Assembly: GCA_043811375.1 (NCBI GenBank)
Contig: JBDRNJ010000048.1
Coordinates: forward strand, 1-31,339
Source: a bacterium
GTDB taxonomy: Bacteria; Zixibacteria; MSB-5A5; GN15; FEB-12
Length of the DNA stretch: 31,339 bases
Direction: 5' to 3'
Made by a program: the position numbers and the translations under genes
The notes under the pieces: generated by a model
The model's input: only the letters and a program-made list of their open reading frames with translations
Database searches by the model: none
Told to the model about the DNA's origin: nothing
Part shown: positions 1 to 8,132 of the stretch, one piece after another
Layout: every line of letters starts with the position of its first letter
Numbering within the stretch: position 1 is the first letter of the stretch

Positions 1-88
1 CTCGCATCGCTCTTCAATGTTGATCTGAGCATATCTTTGTTCCATAACAACACCTTAATAAGGTGTTGCACTTCGTTTGTGAAGCTAG
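1..88 (-). mobile_element. IS30-family insertion sequence, left end plus the first 15 codons of the transposase (truncated by window edge)
   Basis: Minus strand from ATG at 45 reads MEQRYAQINIEERCE, an IS30-like N-terminal HTH start. Bases 42-88 are the exact reverse complement of 31201-31247 (ctagcttcacaaacgaagtgcaacaccttattaaggtgttgttatgg). The exact terminus is uncertain by a few nt. Confidence 0.8.
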
Positions 89-197
89 GGGATCCAGTAA
101 CCTATTGATATATCTGGATTCCTGCTTTCGCAGGAATGACAGAGAAAGCAAGGCAGTAACCTTATTATCTTCCTCCTGTATTTTTCAATACCCTGTT
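89..197 (+). repeat. Dispersed REP-containing repeat (MITE-like), copy 1, interrupted by the IS
   Basis: Half-REP gggatccag (89-97), spacer, full REP tggattcctgctttcgcaggaatgac (115-140), and a tail ending tttttcaataccctgtt. It aligns with 20877-20952 (+) and 31090-31200 (-). Confidence 0.85.
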
Positions 198-242
198 GAT
201 GCCGACCCTGATAACCATCCTTGTGATCGGGCCGCAATTTGT

Positions 243-271
243 TTGACAACATCGGGATGGCTGATTATCTT
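243..271 (+). promoter_or_regulatory. Candidate sigma70 promoter
   Basis: TTGACA (243-248) - 17 nt - TATCTT (266-271), 39 nt before the ATG at 310. Confidence 0.5.
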
Positions 272-309
272 GGTCACTCGTTTTATGCTGTGGAGAATGG
301 TTCGACGGA

Positions 310-1293
310 ATGCTTGATACGTCCCAAATGCTTCTGTACACTCGTCCGGTCGAGTCCGACCTGGAGGAGTTTCACCAGAAACTGACCGACTACTTGCGGG
401 GTGATTCTCCGCTGATAAGCTCAATTGCCCGCCACCTGCTGCGCACCAGAGGCAAACGGATGCGCCCGGCCTTCCTGTTTTTATCTTCGCGGGCAGCCGA
501 TAATTTCACCGATCACTCGGTTAATGCTTCGCTGGCCATCGAGATGATTCACACCGCCACCCTGCTGCATGATGACGTGGTGGACGAATCCGAATTGCGA
601 CGCGGCCAGGAAACCGTCAACACCCAGTGGACCAACCTCATCTCGGTGCTTATGGGCGACTACCTTTTCGCCAAGGCGTTTCGCATTATGGTGAGTACCG
701 AATCGGTGACACTGATGCAGGCAATTTCGCAGGCAACGGAGCGGGTATCGATCGGGGAACTGCGTCAGATCGAGGAAACGGGCAACTTTGATCTCTCGGA
801 AGATGAATACCTGTCGATTATCGCCGACAAGACCGCATCGCTGTTTGTCGTTTCGTGTGAGGCGGGTCCGATTCTGTGCCGTCGCGGCAATCGCGATCGG
901 CAGCGCTTTGCCACTTTCGGTGAAAAGATCGGTGTCGCCTTCCAGATAGCCGACGATCTGCTGGACTTTGTTGGTGACGCCGAAGTTACCGGCAAGGAGC
1001 CCGGTAATGACGTGCTCACCGGTAAAGTCACACTGCCGTTGATTCACTCGCTGCGCCAGGTCGGTCAATCCGGCCGACGCGAAATCATCCGTCACCTCAA
1101 GAATAATGGCGGATCGGAATCCTTTGCCAGGGTGTTCGACTTCGTACGTGAGAACGGTGGCATTGAATACGCTTATCGTCGGGCCGATGAACTCAGCCGC
1201 CAGGGTCTGGAGGCCATCGACAACGTGCTGCCGTCAGTTTATCTCGATTCCCTCACCCGGATGGTGGAGTTTACCACCGCCCGCACCTCGTGA
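310..1293 (+). CDS. Polyprenyl (octa/heptaprenyl) diphosphate synthase, IspB/HepT family
   Basis: GKRMRP motif, first aspartate-rich motif LLHDDVVDESELRRG, KTASL, second motif FQIADDLLD, GKVTLP. Confidence 0.93.
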   Translation: MLDTSQMLLYTRPVESDLEEFHQKLTDYLRGDSPLISSIARHLLRTRGKRMRPAFLFLSSRAADNFTDHSVNASLAIEMIHTATLLHDDVVDESELRRGQETVNTQWTNLISVLMGDYLFAKAFRIMVSTESVTLMQAISQATERVSIGELRQIEETGNFDLSEDEYLSIIADKTASLFVVSCEAGPILCRRGNRDRQRFATFGEKIGVAFQIADDLLDFVGDAEVTGKEPGNDVLTGKVTLPLIHSLRQVGQSGRREIIRHLKNNGGSESFARVFDFVRENGGIEYAYRRADELSRQGLEAIDNVLPSVYLDSLTRMVEFTTARTS

Positions 1294-1427
1294 TCGATCG
1301 AGGCTCATCCGACAGAATGATCTGAAAGCGCCGAGCCCGGTCCGCCATTTCTTGCTGGGCAAAATTGTACCGATCACGTATTATTGAGCATTCGGAACCG
1401 ACAACCTCGATAGGTGTAGAGCATTAT

Positions 1428-3599
1428 ATGTTCGGTTACAACGAGATATCAGTCGACCTGCTGACCTCCACACCGGTGTTCGCTTCACTGGCGCTGCTGG
1501 TGTCGGCAGCGCTGGCGGTCTATCTCTACCTGAGAACCAACCCGCCCCTGCCCCGCTCCCTGAGAGTGCTACTGGGCGCCATCAGGCTGGTGGCTCTGGT
1601 GGCACTGTTTGCGGCGTTATTCCAGCCCGTGATCCGCTACCATCGTGAATTCCAACGGCCACAGCGGGTGGCAGTTATTCGGGATCACTCAGGCAGCATG
1701 GATCGGATCGAGACCGGGAAGTCACGTCTGAATCGTATGGATTCTCTGCTGTCATCGGGTTCCTTTGCCGCATTGGCCAAAGACGTCGACATGACCGCCC
1801 ACTACTTCGGGGGCAATCTGGCTGCAGATGCTGCTGCCGTCGACCGTGACCAAACAGCTTTGGGGGAAGTGCTGGGCTTATTGCGTCAGACAGAACTGGA
1901 ACGGCCCTCCGACTACTGGATCCTTTTCAGCGACGGTCGCTGGAATTCCGGCCGGGAACCGGCGAGCGATATCGGCGCCGGTGGAGTACCGATAATCGCC
2001 GTTGACATGTCGGCCGGTAACGGCAATTTCGACATAGCTCTGACGGAGACTGACTTCAACCCGGTGGTTTTTGTCGGCCAGAAGACCGAGATCATAGCCG
2101 GGCTGGCCTGGCAGGGTGCTCTCGGCCGGCAGATCACTGTCGAGTTGCGTGATTCCGCTCGCGTTCTGGCTGAGGACCGGCTGGCGGTAACTCAGGAGGT
2201 CGGCCGCAGTGAAATCAAACTGGAGTACATCCCAACGGAACCGGGACAGAAAATCCTGCAGGTAAATATCCTTCCCTCTCCCGATGAAGCGACAGACGAT
2301 AACAACCGGCGCTCGATCGCCGTCAAGGTACTCAAGAGCAGGCTGTCGATCCTGCTGGTGTCAAGCCATCCCGATTATGAAGTCGGCTTCCTGAAACGAT
2401 TGCTGACACAGTCGGGTAAGTTCGACGTTGATCTGAAGGTAACCGGCACGCGGTCGGGGAATCTGGGCGGTAAATTTCCCTCCCGGCAGGCGGAACTCAA
2501 CCGCTACGACTTAATTATCCTGCACGACCCGGACCCCGCCGGGCTGGCCGCGTATCAGGGAACTATCAGGTCGTACCTGGCTGAGCGGGGCGGAGCGCTC
2601 TGGGTGTTGATGGGCGAGCAGTTCGCATCACAAGCCCCGCAGCCCTGGTTCAATGACCTGCTGCCTTTCCATCCGTCACGGGTCGTCCCTTTGCAACAGG
2701 CGCAGTTTCATGCCCGGCCGGTCGAGGCGAATCTTTTCCATCCGTCCCTGCGGTTAGCGGAAAGCCAGTCGGCGGTACGCGAAGTCTGGTCGCAGTTGCC
2801 GCCCTTCCATTCGCTGGTTACTTGCGACGTTATCGGCAACGATGCGGTGATTCTGGCGCAAGCCACTCTCGACGGCGTCTCCGAGGTACGGTGGCCGGTA
2901 TTGGGCTCCCGGCGGTGGGGACCCGGTAAGGTTTTCGCCAGTGCGGCGCTGCCGTTCTGGACATGGGGTTTCGTAAACCTCGGACTGGGTGAAAAGACCG
3001 GCCACTATGGCACCTTCCTGCAGGGAGTCACCAGTTGGCTGACCGTCAGGGACGACTTTGATCCGATCCGGATTCGGCCCACCAGAGATGTCTTCGCTCG
3101 AGGTGAGACCGTTACCTTCGAGGGCTCGGCTTTTGACCTGGGCTTCCGACCGCTGCCGGACGTTACCGGAATGGTTCGGTTGGTGCCGGATAACGGCACC
3201 GACACGGTCGAGACAGACCTGGCAGGGCTGGGTGACGGCAAGTACCGGGCCCGCTTTTTCAACCTGTCACCGGCAAAATACCATTACACCGGCACCTTCG
3301 AAAAAGACAACCGGCAATTGAAAGAAAACGAAGGCGATATCCTGGTCGAACCTTTTTCACTGGAGGAATACGACCCCAGCGGTGATCCGGCTACCCTGAC
3401 AGCCGTTGCCCGTCTGTCCGGAGGCGACTATTTCACATACCAACAGTTCGACCGCGCCCTGGCTGCCATCGACACCCGGGCGGTAACGGCAAACCTGAGC
3501 GGTGAAGTAACGATATTCAATAAACTGTGGGTGCTGTTGGTGATTATCGGCGCTTTGTGTGCCGAGTGGCTGCTAAGGAAAATCTGGCAACTTATCTGA
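1428..3599 (+). CDS. Membrane-anchored vWA-domain protein with Ig-like and GATase-like (DUF1355-type) domains
   Basis: Two N-terminal hydrophobic helices, MIDAS-like DHSGSM and LFSDG, 'DDNNRRS' Ig-like segment, 'YDLIILHD...ERGGALWVLMG' GATase-like segment, and a C-terminal TM ending 'EWLLRK'. ATG 1428 preferred over TTG 1365. Confidence 0.75.
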   Translation: MFGYNEISVDLLTSTPVFASLALLVSAALAVYLYLRTNPPLPRSLRVLLGAIRLVALVALFAALFQPVIRYHREFQRPQRVAVIRDHSGSMDRIETGKSRLNRMDSLLSSGSFAALAKDVDMTAHYFGGNLAADAAAVDRDQTALGEVLGLLRQTELERPSDYWILFSDGRWNSGREPASDIGAGGVPIIAVDMSAGNGNFDIALTETDFNPVVFVGQKTEIIAGLAWQGALGRQITVELRDSARVLAEDRLAVTQEVGRSEIKLEYIPTEPGQKILQVNILPSPDEATDDNNRRSIAVKVLKSRLSILLVSSHPDYEVGFLKRLLTQSGKFDVDLKVTGTRSGNLGGKFPSRQAELNRYDLIILHDPDPAGLAAYQGTIRSYLAERGGALWVLMGEQFASQAPQPWFNDLLPFHPSRVVPLQQAQFHARPVEANLFHPSLRLAESQSAVREVWSQLPPFHSLVTCDVIGNDAVILAQATLDGVSEVRWPVLGSRRWGPGKVFASAALPFWTWGFVNLGLGEKTGHYGTFLQGVTSWLTVRDDFDPIRIRPTRDVFARGETVTFEGSAFDLGFRPLPDVTGMVRLVPDNGTDTVETDLAGLGDGKYRARFFNLSPAKYHYTGTFEKDNRQLKENEGDILVEPFSLEEYDPSGDPATLTAVARLSGGDYFTYQQFDRALAAIDTRAVTANLSGEVTIFNKLWVLLVIIGALCAEWLLRKIWQLI

Positions 3600-3601
3600 G
3601 A

Positions 3602-3946
3602 TCACTTTTCCAGCGGTTTGGAGTCTCTCTGGTAGGCCTCACTCACTGATTTGAGGTCGATCTTCTCATTCAGGGCGATTTTTTCTTCGCAGAGATTCTC
3701 CACCAGCTTGCGGATTCGTTCGGCGCAATCCAGTACCTGCTGCAGGTAGCCCCGTTGCGTCTCGTCCAGTTGCTTGGATTCCTCCATCAGGAATTCGCCG
3801 TAGCCGATGATCCCGGCCAGTGGATTATTGATGTCGTGATTCAGAGTCAGGCAGTGACCGATGTAGGGCTTGAGGGCACGGAAAACGGCCAACTCTTCCC
3901 TCACGTCATCACTGATAATCGATTTCTCCAAAGCAGGTTCTTCCAT
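3602..3946 (-). CDS. Stand-alone histidine-kinase dimerisation/phosphoacceptor (HisKA/DHp) domain protein, about 114 aa
   Basis: H-box TLNHDINNPLAGIIGYGEFL followed by the helix YLQQVLDCAERIRKLVENL. No N/G1/F/G2 ATPase boxes before the stop. ATG 3946 has AGGA upstream. Confidence 0.78.
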   Translation of the reverse strand: MEEPALEKSIISDDVREELAVFRALKPYIGHCLTLNHDINNPLAGIIGYGEFLMEESKQLDETQRGYLQQVLDCAERIRKLVENLCEEKIALNEKIDLKSVSEAYQRDSKPLEK

Positions 3947-3999
3947 CAGGCAGTTTCCTAAACACATCCCGAAACATGAAAAGAGGTTCTTCCTTCCGT

Positions 4000-4026
4000 A
4001 TATCGGCTGTGTCAGGGAATCCTGCA
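4000..4026 (-). promoter_or_regulatory. Candidate sigma28 (FliA/SigD)-type promoter for the HisKA gene
   Basis: TGCA - 15 nt - GCCGATAT on the minus strand. Good -10, weak -35. Confidence 0.35.
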
Positions 4027-4048
4027 CATCCCCTTTTTCGTCTGGTTT

Positions 4049-4089
4049 CGGCAGTGGCGGGCAGTCGTCAAGAGCAACCGCCACTGCCG
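4049..4089. other. GC-rich inverted repeat directly downstream of the FG-GAP gene
   Basis: 12-bp perfect arms cggcagtggcgg (4049-4060) / ccgccactgccg (4078-4089). No U-tract on either strand. Confidence 0.55.
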
Positions 4090-4108
4090 GATAAATCCTC
4101 TAACACAT

Positions 4109-6457
4109 CTACGGACATGGGGGCGGTGGCGGTCCTCCCTGGAACAGGTAGGCCACGAGGTACGTCAGGTCGCCGACATCAATACCACCGCTGCCGTCAA
4201 CGTCACCCTCATCCGGACATGGTGGCGGGGGGCCGCCCTGGAAAAGATACGCAACCAGGTAGGTCAAATCGCCCACATCCAACGCCATGCTGTAGTCGGC
4301 GTCGCCACGAATGCCCACACAACAAGAAGGGCTTAGATTAAAGAGGATGGAGACGTTGGCAGAATGTCCATTCGCTACGGCAATGTCGCTGTCGCCATCC
4401 CCGTCAAGGTCGGCTGAGAAAACTGAATTGGGAAAATAACCGGCCCCATAATTGACCGCCGCGGCAAATGTCCCATCACCGTTGTTCAGCAGGATGGGAA
4501 CGTTATTGGAACTCCTGTTCGCCACCGCCAGGTCGTTATCGTTATCCCCGTCAAGGTCGGCTGAGAAAACTGACCAGGGACCAGTCCCGGCCCCATAATT
4601 GACCGCCGTCGCAAACGTGCCGTCACCGTTGTTCAGCAGGATGGAGACGTTGGCAGAATAGTAATTCGTTACCGCCAGGTCGTTGTCGTTATCCCCGTCA
4701 AGGTCGGCTGAGAAGACTGAACAGGACCGACTCCCGGCCTGATAAATGACCGCCTCCGCAAAGGTCCCGTCGCCGTTGTTCAGCAGGATGGAGACGTTGT
4801 CAGACGAAGACAAATGCGCCACCGCCAGGTCGTTGTCGCCATCTCCGTCAAGGTCCACTAAGAAAACTGAATAGGGCTCAATAAACCAAATCCCCCCATA
4901 ATTGACCGGTGCGGCAAATGTCCCGTCACCGTTGTTAAGCAGGATGGAGACGACGCCATTAGAACCCCCATTCGTCACCGCCAGGTCGTTGTCGTTGTCC
5001 CCGTCGACGTCGGCTGCGAAAACTGAATTGGTACCATACCCGACCCCATAATTAACCGCCGCTGCAAATGTCCCGTCGCCGTGGTTCAGCAGGATGGAAA
5101 CGTTGTCAGAATTCCGATTCGCCACCGCCAGATCGTTGTCATTATCCCCGTCAAGATCGGCTGAGAAAACTGACCGGGGAACATCCCCGACCCCATAATT
5201 CACCGTCGAGGTAAATGTCCCGTCGCCGTTGTTCAGCAGGATGGAGACGTTGTCAGAACCCACATTCGCCACTGCCAGGTCGTTGTCATAATCTCCGTCA
5301 AGTTCGGCTAAGAAGACTAAGGAGGGAGCGTCCCCGGCCCCATAATTGACCGGTGCGACAAATGTCCCGTCGCCGTTGTTCAGCAGGACGGAGACATTAA
5401 CAGAATTGTGATTCGCCATTGCCAGGTCGTTATCGTTATCTCCGTCAAGATCGACTGAGAAAACTGAATGGGGTTCATCCCCGACCACATAATTGACCGG
5501 TGCGGTAAATGTTCCGTCGCCGTGGTTCAGCAGGATGGAAACATCGTCAGACATATAATTCGCCACCGCCAGGTCGTTATCGTTATCCCCGTCAAGATCG
5601 GCTGAGAAAACTGACCGGGGACCATCCCCGGCCCCATAATTTATCGCCAGGGCAAATGTTCCGTCACCGTTGTTCAACAGGATGGAGACATTGTCAGAAT
5701 CGTAATTCGCCACTGCCAGGTCGTTGTCGTTATCCCCGTCAAGATCAGCCGAGAAAACTGAGAAGGGAACGTCCCCAGCCCCATAATTGACCGGTGCGGC
5801 AAATGTCCCGTCGCCGTTGTTCAGCAGGATGGAGACATTGTCAGAGTTGTAATTCGCCACCGCAAGGTCGTTGTCGTTATCCCCGTCAAGATCGACTGAG
5901 AAAACTGAATGGGGACTATCCCCGGCAGCATAATCAACCGCCGAGGCAAATGTCCCGTCGCCATTGTTCAGCAGCACAGACACACCCCCGCTCACCACCG
6001 CCAGGTCGTTGTCGTTATCCCCGTCAAGGTCGGCTGAGAATACTGAATGGGGAGAGCCCCCGGTCCCATAATATACTGCCAGGGCAAATGTCCCGTCACC
6101 GTTGTTCAGCAGGATGGAGACGTTGGCAGTATGGTAATTCGCCACCACCAGGTCGTTATCGTTATCCCCGTCAAGATCGGCTGAGAAAACTGAATAGGGA
6201 CTCCACTTGCTCTCATAATTGACCGCCGCCGCAAATGTCCCGTTGCCATTGTTCAGCAGGATGGAGACGTTATTGGAACCCCTGTTCGCCACCGCCAGGT
6301 CGTAATTACCATCCCCGTCAAAATCGGCTGAGAAAACGGACCGGGGGCTATCCCCGACCTCATAATCGATCCTGGCCTCAAACAGCGGTTCAAATGAGAA
6401 TGCACTTACCGCTGTCAGCACAACAACGGCTATTATCAGTGTTACTGAGAACTTCAT
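4109..6457 (-). CDS. Secreted FG-GAP/VCBS-repeat beta-propeller protein (14 repeats) with C-terminal dockerin-like domain
   Basis: Signal peptide MKFSVTLIIAVVVLTAVSAFS, 14 units of about 49 aa (SVFSADLDGDNDNDLAVAN..S.NVSILLNNGDGTF), and a 71-aa tail with two 'D.GDLTYLVAYLFQGGPPPP(P)C' halves. Confidence 0.9.
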   Translation of the reverse strand: MKFSVTLIIAVVVLTAVSAFSFEPLFEARIDYEVGDSPRSVFSADFDGDGNYDLAVANRGSNNVSILLNNGNGTFAAAVNYESKWSPYSVFSADLDGDNDNDLVVANYHTANVSILLNNGDGTFALAVYYGTGGSPHSVFSADLDGDNDNDLAVVSGGVSVLLNNGDGTFASAVDYAAGDSPHSVFSVDLDGDNDNDLAVANYNSDNVSILLNNGDGTFAAPVNYGAGDVPFSVFSADLDGDNDNDLAVANYDSDNVSILLNNGDGTFALAINYGAGDGPRSVFSADLDGDNDNDLAVANYMSDDVSILLNHGDGTFTAPVNYVVGDEPHSVFSVDLDGDNDNDLAMANHNSVNVSVLLNNGDGTFVAPVNYGAGDAPSLVFLAELDGDYDNDLAVANVGSDNVSILLNNGDGTFTSTVNYGVGDVPRSVFSADLDGDNDNDLAVANRNSDNVSILLNHGDGTFAAAVNYGVGYGTNSVFAADVDGDNDNDLAVTNGGSNGVVSILLNNGDGTFAAPVNYGGIWFIEPYSVFLVDLDGDGDNDLAVAHLSSSDNVSILLNNGDGTFAEAVIYQAGSRSCSVFSADLDGDNDNDLAVTNYYSANVSILLNNGDGTFATAVNYGAGTGPWSVFSADLDGDNDNDLAVANRSSNNVPILLNNGDGTFAAAVNYGAGYFPNSVFSADLDGDGDSDIAVANGHSANVSILFNLSPSCCVGIRGDADYSMALDVGDLTYLVAYLFQGGPPPPCPDEGDVDGSGGIDVGDLTYLVAYLFQGGPPPPPCP
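4337..6382 (-). repeat. Intragenic tandem repeat, 14 units of about 147 nt
   Basis: Near-identical DNA blocks such as gccgttgttcagcaggatggagac and ggtcgttgtcgttatccccgtcaag recur with about 147-nt periodicity. Confidence 0.9.
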
Positions 6458-6518
6458 AATTCTCTCCCTGTCGAATAGTCCTGCAACTTCAATGTAGTAA
6501 ACCCAATGATGACATTAA

Positions 6519-6547
6519 ATTATACAATACTATCTGTCTTCTGTCAA
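6519..6547 (-). promoter_or_regulatory. Perfect-consensus sigma70 promoter for the FG-GAP gene
   Basis: TTGACA (6547-6542) - 17 nt - TATAAT (6524-6519). RBS-like AGGGAGAG precedes the ATG at 6457. Confidence 0.75.
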
Positions 6548-6586
6548 CCGTTTTCGAGCTGTCCAACAATTGCACACTTTGGTTTC

Positions 6587-6613
6587 TACACTGGTGGCAA
6601 GTCTGGCCGATAA
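6587..6613 (+). promoter_or_regulatory. Candidate sigma28-type promoter for the NtrC-family regulator
   Basis: TACA (6587-6590) - 15 nt - GCCGATAA (6606-6613); consensus is TAAA-N15-GCCGATAA. Confidence 0.55.
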
Positions 6614-6678
6614 AGGGAATAGTATTCTCATGTCGTGAAAACAGACAGAGATGAATGAATCTGCTTTGAGGGACCGAT

Positions 6679-8055
6679 ATGGCGACCATTCTGGTAGTTG
6701 AAGACAAAGATTCGATGCGCAACATGCTGACGGAAACCCTCACCGAGGAGGGTTACCGGGTCGACTGCGCCCCGGACGGTCGCCACGCCCTGGAACTGGT
6801 GCGCAACAAGTCATACGACCTGGTCCTGACCGACCTGAAGATGCCCGACGTCGATGGTCTGCAAGTTCTCAGCGGTGTCAAAGACACCGACGACGACACC
6901 TCGGTCATCGTCATGACTGCTTTCGGGACGATTGAAGATGCCGTGGCGGCCATGAAACACGGCGCCTATGACTTCATCACCAAACCGTTCGACACCGACC
7001 ACCTGTGCGTGCTGATTAACCGGGCTTTGGAGAACCGGCGTCTGATTGCCGAGAACACGCTGCTGCGGGAGGAACTGCTTGCCGGTCATGGTTTCTCAGA
7101 CATCATCGGGCAGAATGAGAAGATGATCGAGATTTCCAGGCTGGTTCAGAAAGTGGCCAAATCCGACGCCACCGTCCTTTTGCAGGGTGACTCCGGCACC
7201 GGCAAGGAACTTTTCGCGCGAGCCATCCATACACTGTCGCTACGCAAGGACCGACCCTATATCGCCATCAACTGCGCCGCCATCCCGCGGGAACTGCTGG
7301 AGAACGAATTGTTCGGCTCGGAGAAGGGTGCTTTCACGGGCGCTCATACTCGCAAGATGGGAAAGTTCGAAATCGCGGACACCGGCACTATCTTTCTGGA
7401 CGAAATCGGCGACATGGACATCTCGCTGCAAGCCAAATTGCTGCGGGTACTCCAGCAAAAGAACTTTGAGCGATTAGGCGGCACCAAACCGATCGACGTC
7501 GACGTGCGGGTTATCGCCGCCACCAACATGGACCTCGGTGAGTTGATCAAGGCTCGGCGGTTCCGTGAGGATCTGTACTACCGGTTGTCGGTTTTCCCGA
7601 TAACAATCCCGCCCCTGTGCGAACGACGTGACGACATCCAACGCCTGGCGGAACACTTCATCGAGAAGTACTGCCGCGAGATGAAAAGACCGATCAAGTC
7701 CCTCAGCCGGGACGCTCTTTCACTGCTGGAGAAATACCACTGGCCGGGCAACGTTCGCGAACTGGAGAACACTATCGAACGCGCCGTGATTCTGGCGGAA
7801 GGCAAGAAGATCGTTCCCGATCACCTGGCCATCAGGTTACGACGCACCGATGAAATACAGTTGCGGGAAGGGGCCGGGTTAAAGGAGATCGGCGCCCATG
7901 CCCAGATGCAAGCGGAAAAAGCCACAATTGTCCGGGTGCTCAAAGAGGTGCGCGGCAACAAACGCCAGTGCGCCAGAGTCCTCAAAATCGACTACACCAC
8001 TCTCTTCGACAAGATCAAGAAGTACCAGATCGAAAAGGCCATGCAGGGATCGTAA
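6679..8055 (+). CDS. Sigma54-dependent two-component response regulator (NtrC/AtoC/PilR family)
   Basis: Receiver (LVVED, VLTDLKMP, FITKPF), AAA+ domain (GDSGTGKE, GAFTGA, FLDEIG, WPGNVRELEN), and C-terminal Fis-type HTH. Confidence 0.95.
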   Translation: MATILVVEDKDSMRNMLTETLTEEGYRVDCAPDGRHALELVRNKSYDLVLTDLKMPDVDGLQVLSGVKDTDDDTSVIVMTAFGTIEDAVAAMKHGAYDFITKPFDTDHLCVLINRALENRRLIAENTLLREELLAGHGFSDIIGQNEKMIEISRLVQKVAKSDATVLLQGDSGTGKELFARAIHTLSLRKDRPYIAINCAAIPRELLENELFGSEKGAFTGAHTRKMGKFEIADTGTIFLDEIGDMDISLQAKLLRVLQQKNFERLGGTKPIDVDVRVIAATNMDLGELIKARRFREDLYYRLSVFPITIPPLCERRDDIQRLAEHFIEKYCREMKRPIKSLSRDALSLLEKYHWPGNVRELENTIERAVILAEGKKIVPDHLAIRLRRTDEIQLREGAGLKEIGAHAQMQAEKATIVRVLKEVRGNKRQCARVLKIDYTTLFDKIKKYQIEKAMQGS

Positions 8056-8132
8056 CCGTCGTCGGCGTTCGACAGTCAACACCGGCAATCGCCCCGATAA
8101 ACTCCAGTTCAGTGTGATCCCGCGACAGAAAT

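Noticed and set aside
63..424. Small ORFs 63-317 and 185-424
   Set aside because: The first is a translation through the IS end and REP; the second is antisense to the prenyl synthase and its promoter. Neither has recognisable motifs.
4337..6382. CRISPR array or diversity-generating retroelement
   Set aside because: The repeats are in-frame coding units of about 147 nt without unique spacers. No cas genes, reverse transcriptase or template repeat are visible.
5509..6459. Repetitive plus-strand ORFs (5509-5790, 5794-6222, 6235-6459)
   Set aside because: They are antisense shadows of the FG-GAP repeats.
6458..6678. Sigma54 (-24/-12) promoter near the NtrC-type activator
   Set aside because: The TGGCA at 6595 lacks a GC at the required GG-N10-GC spacing.
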